Assembly (NCBI GenBank): GCA_041661275.1
Contig: JBAZUU010000001.1
Span: forward strand, 229,057 to 293,056
DNA length: 64,000 bases
Direction of reading: 5' to 3'
Source of the DNA: Parcubacteria group bacterium
GTDB taxonomy: Bacteria > Patescibacteriota > Minisyncoccia > Moranbacterales > UBA2206
A model generated the notes under the pieces. That model saw only the letters and a program-made list of their open reading frames with translations. It was not told the DNA's origin and searched no databases. This document shows positions 40,940-49,968 of the stretch, piece after piece; positions within the stretch are counted from its first letter, which is position 1; every line of letters begins with the position of its first letter. The translations under genes and the position numbers were made by a program.

Positions 40940-41896
40940 ATGAAAAAAATAACTGTCGAAAAAAATAATTCAGAACAAAGAATTGATAAGTTCCTGGTGA
41001 AGGAATTTTTTTCTTATACTCGCGGAGAAATTATCCGCCAGATAAAAAATGGTAATGTTTTGGCTAATGGTAAAAAAACAAAACCCAGCTATATCCTGAA
41101 AGAAAACGATGAGCTGGAAATAAATCTGGAAGAAACCAGTTCGGAACTTCTTCCTAATAAAAAAATAAAATTGGAAATTATTTTTCAAGACGAAAATATC
41201 GTTGTTGTCAACAAACCCGCTGGTTTGCAGGTCCACCCAGACTTTCACGAGAAAAAAAATACGCTTGTAAACGCATTGATTAATAAATTCCCGGAAATAA
41301 AAAATGTCGGCGAGAATATGATGCGACCGGGGATTGTTCATCGCCTAGACAAAGATACTTCGGGTGTAATTATCATTGCTAGAAATCAGAAGACATTTGT
41401 GGAGTTGAAAAATAAGTTTAAAAATAGGGAAGTAGAAAAAAAATACTGGGCGATTGTTTACCGGGCTTCGGAATCGGGAAGATTAGGGGAATCGGGGATT
41501 TTATCGGGGGTAATCGAGGCGCCAATTGCTCGATCATCTAAGTATCGAAAGCAGGTGATTGCCGGAAAGAAAACAAAAACTAAAGTCAGAGAAGCAGTTA
41601 CTAAGTATAGAGTGTTGAAAGAATGGAATATTTTTTCTCTTTTAGAAGTTACTCCGAAAACTGGGCGGATGCATCAAATTCGAGTCCATCTGACTTCTAT
41701 CGGTCATCCAATCGTGGGGGATAAACTTTATAAGAATAAGACCAATAGGACAAATAGGACGAATATAATAGAGAACAGAGCAGTAAGGCAGATGCTTCAT
41801 GCCAAAAGCATCAGATTTAATCTTTTTGGGGAGGACTTCTCGTTTGAGGCACAGATACCAGAAGATTTCAATCAATTCTTGACTTCCAGCCGATAA
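40940..41896 (+). CDS. RluA/RluD-family pseudouridine synthase
   Basis: S4 domain, NKPAGL, HRLDKDTSG, GRMHQIRVH; ORF-track extension into the tRNAs rejected. Confidence 0.93.
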   Translation: MKKITVEKNNSEQRIDKFLVKEFFSYTRGEIIRQIKNGNVLANGKKTKPSYILKENDELEINLEETSSELLPNKKIKLEIIFQDENIVVVNKPAGLQVHPDFHEKKNTLVNALINKFPEIKNVGENMMRPGIVHRLDKDTSGVIIIARNQKTFVELKNKFKNREVEKKYWAIVYRASESGRLGESGILSGVIEAPIARSSKYRKQVIAGKKTKTKVREAVTKYRVLKEWNIFSLLEVTPKTGRMHQIRVHLTSIGHPIVGDKLYKNKTNRTNRTNIIENRAVRQMLHAKSIRFNLFGEDFSFEAQIPEDFNQFLTSSR

Positions 41897-41966
41897 AAAG
41901 GTATCCTGAATAGGCTAAAAGCAAGAGTTGCTTTTTTTATTTTAATTATTTGTATATAATAATCGT

Positions 41967-42419
41967 ATGCGTAAAGAAATCATCGAATTTAACAAAAGCC
42001 AGAGAGGGTCGAAGAAAATGGATTTTCAGGCCGGAGATGTAGTGAAGGTGAGCATGAAGATCAAGGAAGGCGGAAAAGAAAGAATCCAGATTTTTGAAGG
42101 TCTGGTTATTGCGGTTAAGGGGCGACAAAGTTCTTCCCCGACTTTGACTGTCCGAAAAGTTTCTCACGGAGTGGGAGTGGAGATGATCATTCCGGTTCTT
42201 TCTCCGAACATTTCCAAGATAACCTTGGTCAAACGGGCGAAAGTCCGACGATCGAAACTATATTATGTCCGTGATCTGACGGCCAAGCAAAGCCGCATGA
42301 AATATAAGGACATTGCGGAATTTATCAAAGACGAAACGTCTGACGTTCCTGCTGCCGAAGAAGTTAAGGAAGAAAAATTAGAAACCGAAGAAAAAATAGT
42401 AGCAAAAGAGGAGAAATAA
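41967..42419 (+). CDS. rplS: 50S ribosomal protein L19
   Basis: GDVVKV..EGGKERIQIFEG, VRKVSHGVGVE, KVRRSKLYY. Confidence 0.97.
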   Translation: MRKEIIEFNKSQRGSKKMDFQAGDVVKVSMKIKEGGKERIQIFEGLVIAVKGRQSSSPTLTVRKVSHGVGVEMIIPVLSPNISKITLVKRAKVRRSKLYYVRDLTAKQSRMKYKDIAEFIKDETSDVPAAEEVKEEKLETEEKIVAKEEK

Positions 42420-42433
42420 TAGCCAATGGCCAA

Positions 42434-42518
42434 GCGAACGTGGCGGAACTTGGTATACGCGCTACCTTGAGGTGGTAGTGGGAGCAATCCCGTGGAGGTT
42501 CGAGTCCTCTCGTTCGCA
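42434..42518 (+). tRNA. tRNA-Leu(GAG)
   Basis: Cloverleaf, CTACC-TTGAGGT-GGTAG. Confidence 0.93.
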
Positions 42519-42543
42519 CTAACACGTTGTCTATGCGGGCTCG

Positions 42544-42651
42544 CCCCGTACCATTTTTCGGAAAATTTTTCTTTATAGATTAATTTAAGGCGAAGCCGCT
42601 TCGCTTTCAGATCTACTTACCAGATAAATTGTTGTTGAAAATGGTACGGGG
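42544..42651. repeat. miniature inverted-repeat element (CCCCGTACCA family)
   Basis: CCCCGTACCATTTT ... AAAATGGTACGGGG. Confidence 0.75.
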
Positions 42652-42679
42652 TGAAAGTCCCGCCGAAGGCACTTTGCGG

Positions 42680-42752
42680 GGATCCCTAGCTCAATGGCTA
42701 GAGCACTTCATTTACACTGAAGGGGTTATAGGTTCGAGTCCTATGGGATCCA
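42680..42752 (+). tRNA. tRNA-Val(TAC)
   Basis: Cloverleaf, CTTCA-TTTACAC-TGAAG. Confidence 0.9.
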
Positions 42753-42846
42753 CACACATTGGAATTATATAGTTTCCCTCTCCTGTCCCGCAGACGGGAC
42801 ATCCTCTCCCAGAGGGAGAGGAGGATTTGAAGAATACTGTTTGTAG

Positions 42847-43152
42847 GCCAGGTTAGCTCAGCGGTAGAGCGAAGGACTGAATTTCGGTCCGTCCGGCAGT
42901 AATGCCGGAATGAAAATTGGGTGAATTCGAGGAAACCTAAGTTGCCGATGAGGCAAAATGGCAATCTCGAGCCAAGTCTTGATGGGCATAGTTTTCAAGA
43001 AAGGTGTAGAGACTAGCGAGTGAGTCCCAACAATAATCTCGCATTAGCGCCCAATATCCTGATGAAGGATAATGAAATAGTCCAATCCTTGGGGAAACTC
43101 AAGAAGGAAAAGGAAAATCCTTGCGTGCCCAGTTCGACTCTGGGACCTGGCA
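42847..43152 (+). tRNA. tRNA-Phe(GAA), intron-split (exons 42847-42878 and 43113-43152)
   Basis: Joined exons give a 72-nt cloverleaf GCCAGGT...AAGGA-CTGAAAA-TCCTT...ACCTGGC-A. Confidence 0.88.
42879..43112 (+). ncRNA. group I self-splicing intron (234 nt)
   Basis: P1 GGACU/GGUCC with U.G at the splice site; P3 TTGGGTG/CGCCCAA; P7 AGAGACTA/ATAGTCC; terminal G. Confidence 0.88.
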
Positions 43153-43209
43153 CTTACAAAGTTAAAAGTTCAAAATTAAAAGTTAAAAGTTTGGCTAACT
43201 TTTAACTAT

Positions 43210-43281
43210 GCGGGTGTAGTATAGTGGTTATTACGTCAGGTTGCCAATCTGAATACGGCGGTTCGATTCCGCTCACCCGCT
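43210..43281 (+). tRNA. tRNA-Gly(GCC)
   Basis: Cloverleaf, U73. Confidence 0.92.
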
Positions 43282-43399
43282 CAAAATCACGAAAAACGGC
43301 TTAAATAGGCCGTTTTTGTGTTTGACAAATATGAAATTATGTAATAATATATATTGTTGATAGCATGTAACTAGGAATGGGTATTAAAAGGAGGAAAAT

Positions 43400-43693
43400 A
43401 TGAAACTGCTCAAAGAAGCACCCTTCGAAATCGTCTTCGGTACCAAAGAGGGAGAGGAAAAGGATGTGCACAGTAATTTGTCAGCGTGGCTTATTATGAC
43501 GACCCTTTCATCCGGGAAGCCCATTGTGCGCGTGAATTATGCTATCGATTCGGGGAAAATGGTTGGCGAGCATTATGAGAAATCAGAAGGATGGAATGTC
43601 ATGTCTCTCGAGGAAGTAGAAAGGTTTGTGAAAAAGCTAGAGGAATTTATTGAAAAAGGAAAGGAGTTTTTAAGAGAACATAAACAGAAGTAG
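43400..43693 (+). CDS. hypothetical protein
   Basis: 97-aa ORF with AGGAGG SD and TTGACA..TAATAT promoter. Confidence 0.65.
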   Translation: MKLLKEAPFEIVFGTKEGEEKDVHSNLSAWLIMTTLSSGKPIVRVNYAIDSGKMVGEHYEKSEGWNVMSLEEVERFVKKLEEFIEKGKEFLREHKQK

Positions 43694-43985
43694 AATTCGA
43701 CCTTTACGGCTCGCTGCTCAAACAGGGCGGGTCGTTTTTATTCTCAAATAAGTACTTCTTCTCCGAATCCAGTTCTAACTGCATGTACCAAGGAGCTCAC
43801 TTTTTTGAAAACACGACTTTTTGTAGATCGTGTTTTTAGTTACGTTATACTATGAGTATATTTGACTTTTTCGTTCCTAAATAGAGAATATTATATGGAC
43901 TAACGCAAAATATTGATAACTTTCGCCAAAATAAATAGGCGCCCAGGTTTAGGCACCTATCGATGAGAAAAGAGTCTGCTTATCT

Positions 43986-44240
43986 TCAGTCTGTCCAGTT
44001 CCTTTCCGACCAGACTTCATTATGAGCTTTTTTGAATATTTCTTCGTGCTTTTCTCTCCGTTGACATTCCTCACCACACAAATCGGATTGCCAATGAAAA
44101 GCACTGTCGGGACTAGAGAGAAAGCAGTTGGAATTACTTATTACGATCAAGCATTCATTGTAAAGAGCTTGGTCGTCCATTTCCTCAAGCCGTTTTTGGT
44201 AAAACTCCCTTTTTTCTTCTGCCGTTTCCTTTGTTTTCAT
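43986..44240 (-). CDS. hypothetical protein
   Basis: 84-aa ORF with AGGAGGT SD. Confidence 0.6.
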   Translation of the reverse strand: MKTKETAEEKREFYQKRLEEMDDQALYNECLIVISNSNCFLSSPDSAFHWQSDLCGEECQRREKHEEIFKKAHNEVWSERNWTD

Positions 44241-44515
44241 GTGGTACCTCCTTTATTTTTTCCATCAATACATTCGTCACGCTTCTTGATTGTGATAAGA
44301 AGCTTAGCATTATCTTAGGAATAGTCAATATATTTAATACTCGAGTTTAAATAATCCATTATTAGATTCAGTCCTTACTGTACGTACTAGTTAGTTTCAA
44401 AATATTTGAAATCCCCTACGTAGGAGATTTTTGTTTTTTGTGGCTTATTTAAGCCATATTAGGTACTTTGATGTATATCAAATGGCTTATTTAAGCCAAA
44501 ATAAGCGAACAGTTG

Positions 44516-44544
44516 TTGACTACTGGACGGCAATTTGCTATAAT
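44516..44544 (+). promoter_or_regulatory. sigma70 promoter for 3D-domain gene
   Basis: TTGACT-17bp-TATAAT with extended TG. Confidence 0.65.
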
Positions 44545-44622
44545 GTCCAGTTAGCATGAGAAAGCCTTGAATATGGCTTTTTATGTTAGCCTAGTACCGC
44601 TTAACAAATAACATACTATTTA

Positions 44623-45180
44623 ATGCGTATCATTAGGATTGCGTTGTTACTGACCATATTATTTGTGCCGGTAACTCCTCAGATTGCTCTTGCGGCAACT
44701 GAGCAAGACTCTAATGAAACAAATATAAAATTTAATATAAAAGACGACCTGGTCATTGAAAACGGAGTGATAAAAAATAAGCCTTTCGCTTTTATTAAGG
44801 AAGACTACAAGCCGGTGAAAACTAATCGTGATATAGAAATTGAAAAGATAATTGAGAAATATCACGAAAGACACGAGAGTGCCAGACTTCCCGAAGGACA
44901 ATTCATTATCAACGCTTCAGCGTACACTGCGGCGGCCGATGAATGTGGAAAGTCCGACGGAATTACCGCTTCCGGGCTTATGGTTAAAGAAAATGAAACT
45001 ATCGCTTGTCCTCCGCAGTTTCCATTCGGAACGAAACTACAAATCGACGGAATGGGAACATATATGTGTCAGGACCGTGGTGGAGCCATTAAGGCCAATC
45101 ATATAGACATCTATGTGGAGACTAAAAAGGAAGCTTTCAGTTTCGGAAGACGAAATCTTTTGGCCCAAGTAGTGGAATAA
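44623..45180 (+). CDS. secreted 3D-domain (MltA-like) protein
   Basis: Signal peptide; ASAYT, GITASG, FGTK, DRGGAI..IDIY, FGRR. Confidence 0.9.
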   Translation: MRIIRIALLLTILFVPVTPQIALAATEQDSNETNIKFNIKDDLVIENGVIKNKPFAFIKEDYKPVKTNRDIEIEKIIEKYHERHESARLPEGQFIINASAYTAAADECGKSDGITASGLMVKENETIACPPQFPFGTKLQIDGMGTYMCQDRGGAIKANHIDIYVETKKEAFSFGRRNLLAQVVE

Positions 45181-45338
45181 AAACAAATTATTAAAGCAAG
45201 GGCCTCGCAGTAATGCGGGGTTTTTGTATTGACAATATGCCGTTGATTACTTAAGCTAGATTAGTATATGACATTGTCGCTCCTTGATAATAACGGTATA
45301 ATATACTATAATTGCAGTATGTAGTATAGCCACCTAAT

Positions 45339-46076
45339 ATGGGCATAAAATATCAGGTCAATGAAAAATTTTTCGATAAATGGTCATTGGAAATGGCATA
45401 TATTCTTGGATATTTGTATGCAGATGGAAGCTTGGAAGATGCGAGTTATTTAAGAGGAAAGTATCTGAGGGTTTCCAGTATAGATAGGGAGTCGATATTG
45501 AAAATAAAGCACTTATTGAACTCCAAACATAAGATTGTCAAAAAGAAAAACTTATCAGGAAACCAGAAGAACTGTTATCTTTTGAGAATTGGAAGTCATG
45601 TTTTATATAACAGACTTATTGAACTAGGGCTGTTCCCGAACAAATCACTTTCGATGAAATTTCCTGATATGCCCGAAAAATATCTGCGTTTTTTTGTCCT
45701 AGGTTATTTTGATGGAGATGGGTGTGTTATGGTGCGCAAGGAGAGAAATAAAAAAGGTGCATTTGTATTAAAAGGGCTTCGCGTTGTGTTTACTTGTGGC
45801 AGTATCGATTTTTTGGAGAAGTTAGCTAAAAGAATAAATAATGCTATCAATACAAAGCAATTAAAAATATATAACGGACATAGATCGTATATGCTTTCTT
45901 ATTCAACAGACGATAGTGTATTGATTTTTAAATTCATATATAATATAAGTAAGCCAATTTTTTTAAAAAGAAAGTTTGTAAAATTCTGTGATTATTTCGA
46001 TTTAAGAATTAATAGAAAGGATAAGTATGTGTGCAAGATAATCGAAAGGTTTAATCTTGGCCGTGTGGCGAAGTAG
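45339..46076 (+). CDS. free-standing LAGLIDADG homing endonuclease-like protein
   Basis: Two motifs, AYILGYLYADGS and FVLGYFDGDGC; the stop lies inside tRNA-Cys. Confidence 0.88.
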   Translation: MGIKYQVNEKFFDKWSLEMAYILGYLYADGSLEDASYLRGKYLRVSSIDRESILKIKHLLNSKHKIVKKKNLSGNQKNCYLLRIGSHVLYNRLIELGLFPNKSLSMKFPDMPEKYLRFFVLGYFDGDGCVMVRKERNKKGAFVLKGLRVVFTCGSIDFLEKLAKRINNAINTKQLKIYNGHRSYMLSYSTDDSVLIFKFIYNISKPIFLKRKFVKFCDYFDLRINRKDKYVCKIIERFNLGRVAK

Positions 46077-46131
46077 TTAACGCGGCGGTCTGCAAAACCG
46101 CTACGCGTGGGTGCAAATCCCACCGCGGCCT
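46059..46131 (+). tRNA. tRNA-Cys(GCA)
   Basis: GCGGT-CTGCAAA-ACCGC, U73; atypical D- and T-loops. Confidence 0.85.
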
Positions 46132-46140
46132 CAAGATATT

Positions 46141-46224
46141 GCCCAGGTGGTGTAATCGGCAGCCACGCGAGACTTAAAATTTCGTGACCGAAAGGTCGTG
46201 CGGGTTCGAGTCCCGCCCTGGGCA
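46141..46224 (+). tRNA. tRNA-Leu(TAA)
   Basis: Cloverleaf with long variable arm, no intron. Confidence 0.92.
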
Positions 46225-46258
46225 CGCAAAAAAATCGTTCCGATTAGGCGGGACGATT

Positions 46259-46846
46259 TTAGTTTTCTCCGCTTTTTATTTTTTCGATCACCTTAGGGAT
46301 TCGTTTGAAATCTTTGATGAGAACTTCGCGCATACTTCCATTATATAGCGCGGCGGCGGGGTGATAGAGAGTATAGAAAACCTGTTTTCCGATGCCGTCT
46401 ATTTCGCGTCTCTTAGCTTGTCCGTGAATTTTGGATATTAGCATTCCGGGTAAAAACCTTTCCATCGAATGTCGGCCGAGTGTGACAATTAATTTAGGCT
46501 CAATAATTCTTATCTGTTCCAGAAGCCATGGCCAGCAAGACGCGACTTCGTCAGGCAGGGGATCACGGTTTTGCGGCGGACGGCATTTGACGACGTTGGC
46601 GATATAGACATCTTCACGTTTCAAATTAATAATACCGAGCATCTCGTCTAGAAATTTTCCAGCGGCTCCTACGAATGGCCGTCCCAATTCGTCTTCCTTG
46701 GCACCAGGTCCTTCACCGATGAACATAATTTCAGCTTCCGCATTGCCTTCGCCCGGAACGACATTCTTGCAACTCGTGCGCAAAACGCATTGGGAGCACG
46801 CTGTCATTTTTTTATTCAATTCTTCAAGAAGTTGTTGTTTAGACAT
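46259..46846 (-). CDS. uracil-DNA glycosylase family 4
   Basis: CxxC, IGEGPG, PFVG, VKCRPP, YHPAA. Confidence 0.93.
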   Translation of the reverse strand: MSKQQLLEELNKKMTACSQCVLRTSCKNVVPGEGNAEAEIMFIGEGPGAKEDELGRPFVGAAGKFLDEMLGIINLKREDVYIANVVKCRPPQNRDPLPDEVASCWPWLLEQIRIIEPKLIVTLGRHSMERFLPGMLISKIHGQAKRREIDGIGKQVFYTLYHPAAALYNGSMREVLIKDFKRIPKVIEKIKSGEN

Positions 46847-46864
46847 AGTTGTAAAAAAAGTGTT

Positions 46865-47018
46865 TCCCTCTCTCCCTCTGGGAGAGATGTCACGATTCTT
46901 ATCGTGACAGAGAGGGTACTATATAAAACTGAATAAAATATATAATTTTGTGAATTTAATTTAGAGTCCTCTCCTATCCCGCCAAGGCGGGACATCCTCT
47001 CCCAAAGGGAGAGGAGGA
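46865..47018. repeat. inverted doublet of CCCTCTC-family palindromic repeats
   Basis: Reverse copy at 46865-46916 and forward copy at 46967-47018. Confidence 0.8.
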
Positions 47019-47035
47019 AGCGCTAACTGTTTTTA

Positions 47036-47539
47036 TTATTTCAAATCGTGCACTCTTACTAACTTACAACTATCGTTCTCTGTATTCCATACCGCAAAAG
47101 TTGGCGGATAGAAATCTCCAGTCACATTTCCCGGATTGAGCATTTTGCATTTTCCAATAGTTTCTTCCCATGGTTTGTGCGTGTGGCCATAAAAAACAAA
47201 CGAATAATTTTTGCTCTCACATAATTCTTTCGCAATATTGGGGTAATGAGTAAATGCCACCTTATTTTTATCAAGCAAAACTTCACCGAAATTGGAAAAT
47301 ATTTTTAAATTTTTATGATCCTTGGAAAAATCTATATCTTTATGCTGGTCGCGATCCATATTGCCGAAGGCGTAGTAGAAAGTACCCGTGAAATTATTAT
47401 TCACGAACTTCAATGTTTCTTTCGATGCCAAATCGCCGCAACAAATAATGGTGCTGATATTATTTTCCTGGCAATAATCCAGAACTTTTTTCAAGTTTAC
47501 TTCGTTGTTGTGAACGTCAGAGATGATGGCGATTTTCAT
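47036..47539 (-). CDS. metallophosphoesterase (YfcE-like)
   Basis: SDVH, CGD, GNMD, GHTH, NPG. Confidence 0.9.
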   Translation of the reverse strand: MKIAIISDVHNNEVNLKKVLDYCQENNISTIICCGDLASKETLKFVNNNFTGTFYYAFGNMDRDQHKDIDFSKDHKNLKIFSNFGEVLLDKNKVAFTHYPNIAKELCESKNYSFVFYGHTHKPWEETIGKCKMLNPGNVTGDFYPPTFAVWNTENDSCKLVRVHDLK

Positions 47540-47550
47540 AATGCGTAACC

Positions 47551-47686
47551 CGTCATTCTGAGCGGAATGAACCCGTCTTGGCGGGAGAATGAAGTCGAAG
47601 AATCTGCCAAATATTAGTGCTAGTGATAATTTATAGTAGATCCTTCGACTACGTCCAATAAGAATTGGACTTCGCTCAGGATGACG
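47551..47686. repeat. GTCAT(T/C)CTGAGCG-type palindromic element
   Basis: CGTCATTCTGAGCG...GTCGAAGAATCT / AGATCCTTCGAC...CGCTCAGGATGACG. Confidence 0.8.
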
Positions 47687-48506
47687 ACTTTCTTAGTTTT
47701 TTCAAAATTTCAATATCTTCCCTTACCTTATCATGTTCTGTTTCCAAAATCATATCAATATCATTCTTTTTGGCAAAAGCGACGATATTTTTGAAGGCAT
47801 CAAGGCCGATTTTTCCCTCGCCGATGTGGGTGTGGCGGTCGCGGTTGGAATTGAATTCTGTTTGGCTGTCGTTGGTGTGGAATAATTTAATTTTATTCAA
47901 TCCTATTTCTTTATCGATTCGCCTGATAGTTTTTTCAAAATCATGCCAGTCGTAACCCGATGCAAAACTATGCTGGGTATCGAGACAAATTCCGGCGATG
48001 GCTGGACTATTTACTCCTTTGATTATTTCCGCCAGTTCTTTCAAATCATCGCCGATGATCATGCCTGTTCCGGCGCTGTTTTCCAAAAGCAATTTTGTTT
48101 CTCCCAAGTAATCTTTCAGACATTCTTTCAACATTTCAATTACTTTTTTGGTGGCTTCTTTTTTGCCTAAGTCTTTGGCACTGCCTAGATGAGTCATCAC
48201 ATATTTCGCGCCGATTAGACTTCCACGTTCCAGTTCGTCGCGGACAACTTTCACTGAACCATAGCGGATGCGGTTATTGGCAGAAGCGAAATTGATGTAA
48301 TATGGCGTATGAACGTAAGTATTTAGTATTTGATATTTAGTATTTTGTAGCTTAAAAGACTCGATAATTTCAGATGTTAATTCTGACGCCCTGCCTCCCT
48401 GAGGAGCCCGGGTGAAAATTTGCGTCACCTCGCAACCCAAATCCGCCGCGTTTTTAGGCGCATTCTGTATTCCGCCGGCAATTGAGACGTGACAGCCGAT
48501 ATTCAT
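47676..48506 (-). CDS. nfo: endonuclease IV
   Basis: IGCHVS, HTPYYIN, LENSAG, CLDTQH, NDS..DRH, ILET. Confidence 0.93.
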   Translation of the reverse strand: MNIGCHVSIAGGIQNAPKNAADLGCEVTQIFTRAPQGGRASELTSEIIESFKLQNTKYQILNTYVHTPYYINFASANNRIRYGSVKVVRDELERGSLIGAKYVMTHLGSAKDLGKKEATKKVIEMLKECLKDYLGETKLLLENSAGTGMIIGDDLKELAEIIKGVNSPAIAGICLDTQHSFASGYDWHDFEKTIRRIDKEIGLNKIKLFHTNDSQTEFNSNRDRHTHIGEGKIGLDAFKNIVAFAKKNDIDMILETEHDKVREDIEILKKLRKSSS

Positions 48507-48551
48507 ATGATAAGTATAAGGGATATTTGGGATATTGGGGAGATGGGAAAA

Positions 48552-49511
48552 TTAAACTATCTTCCATCCCTCCTCCGTCTCCACAATTTTTCCTTTGATT
48601 TCGAACCCGCTGGCTAGTTTGTGGCCGCCGCCGCCAAATGTCGCGGCAAGCTTGGAAACGTCCATGTCTTTATATTCCTCACTCCGGAGACTACCCTTCA
48701 CAATTCCACCTTCTCGTTCAGATAAGATCAAAGAAAATTTTGTTCCCGGGACAGTGTTTAGGATGCTTGCTACCTGGGCGATATCTTCTGATGAAGCCTG
48801 ACATTCTTCCATATCTTTTTGCGTGATGACAGAAGCAATCATACCATTTTTCGAATTAACTTTAGCTTTTTCAAAAGCTCGTCCCCATAATTTCAATGTG
48901 CAGATACCTTTATTACTAAGAGTGGTCTGGACAATTTTGGCCACTGGCGCGCCTTTTTTCATTAAGTCACTCGCTATTTCCATGGTGCGAGCGGTAGTGT
49001 TGGAATGCTGGAAAGTTCCAGTGTCGCCCAGAATTCCCATCATCAGATAGGTCGCCATTTTTCTGGTGATTTCGATTTTATTAAAAACAAAAAATTCATA
49101 AACTAATTCGCAGACCGAAGAGACGCCGGCATCAAGAATATTAATGTCTTTTTTCATAGTGATGTCTGGATGATGGTCGAGAATGGCGACAACTTGGTCA
49201 GAGGTGAATTTATCCACGATCTTATCAAAACCTCTCTCGACACTATCGCAGGCAATGATCAGCTTATATTTTCCTGCATCAAGATCCGATGGTAATTCAA
49301 ATTTCTCCGGAACTATGGGGCTAAGAGATTCCGGGAATGGATCAAGACAGGATAGGTCAGCATTTTTTCCAAGTGATTTTGCGTATTCTCTCAACGCCAA
49401 AACAGACCCGGTCGTATCAGGGTCAGGGTGGGAGTGGGCGAAAAGAAGAATATTATCCGATTCTTTTATGACGTAGTTAAGAGTATGGAACTCTTTTGCA
49501 AAATTTTTCAT
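48552..49511 (-). CDS. nrnA: DHH-family oligoribonuclease/pAp phosphatase
   Basis: HSHPDPD, DHH, DTG, SLRS, GGGH. Confidence 0.88.
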   Translation of the reverse strand: MKNFAKEFHTLNYVIKESDNILLFAHSHPDPDTTGSVLALREYAKSLGKNADLSCLDPFPESLSPIVPEKFELPSDLDAGKYKLIIACDSVERGFDKIVDKFTSDQVVAILDHHPDITMKKDINILDAGVSSVCELVYEFFVFNKIEITRKMATYLMMGILGDTGTFQHSNTTARTMEIASDLMKKGAPVAKIVQTTLSNKGICTLKLWGRAFEKAKVNSKNGMIASVITQKDMEECQASSEDIAQVASILNTVPGTKFSLILSEREGGIVKGSLRSEEYKDMDVSKLAATFGGGGHKLASGFEIKGKIVETEEGWKIV

Positions 49512-49837
49512 ATCTCTTTCAGAAGTCGTTCGATTTCGTCAGCTTTGGATTCGGTTGTGTCTAGTTGAAATACGATCTTGGGCAAAGGCCGCATATGCAA
49601 TTTTTTGTTGAGCGCACCCTGGATCACAAAAATTTCTTTTTCCAGAGTTTTCATGGCGTAATCCCTTTCACTCTCCGGAAAAATACTGACGAATATACGA
49701 GTATAACGGAGATCGGGAGTAGTGTCAACTTTGGCGATAGTTACAAAAACACCCCCTTTTAAAGAGAGTTCTTTGAGAATGATATCGTTGACGTGTTGTC
49801 GGATAAGCTCGTTAATTTTTAGTGTCCTTTCTGACAT
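49508..49837 (-). CDS. rbfA: ribosome-binding factor A
   Basis: VTIAKVDTTPDL, MRPLPKIVF..D; follows infB. Confidence 0.88.
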   Translation of the reverse strand: MSERTLKINELIRQHVNDIILKELSLKGGVFVTIAKVDTTPDLRYTRIFVSIFPESERDYAMKTLEKEIFVIQGALNKKLHMRPLPKIVFQLDTTESKADEIERLLKEI

Positions 49838-49839
49838 AA

Positions 49840-49968
49840 AAATCCAAAATCCAAAATCTCAAATTCCAAATAAATCACAATGACCAAAATCCAAAGTTAT
49901 AAACCGTTTCGGATTTCGAGCCTTTATATTTTGAATTTATTTGTGATTTGTAATTTTGAATTTGTAAT
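49840..49968. repeat. 7-nt-periodic foldback repeat
   Basis: (AAATCCA)n units followed by (TTTGAAT/TTTGTAA)n units. Confidence 0.7.

Noticed and set aside
43020-43205. 61-aa ORF as an intron-encoded protein
   Set aside because: It crosses the ribozyme core and exon 2, with no endonuclease motif
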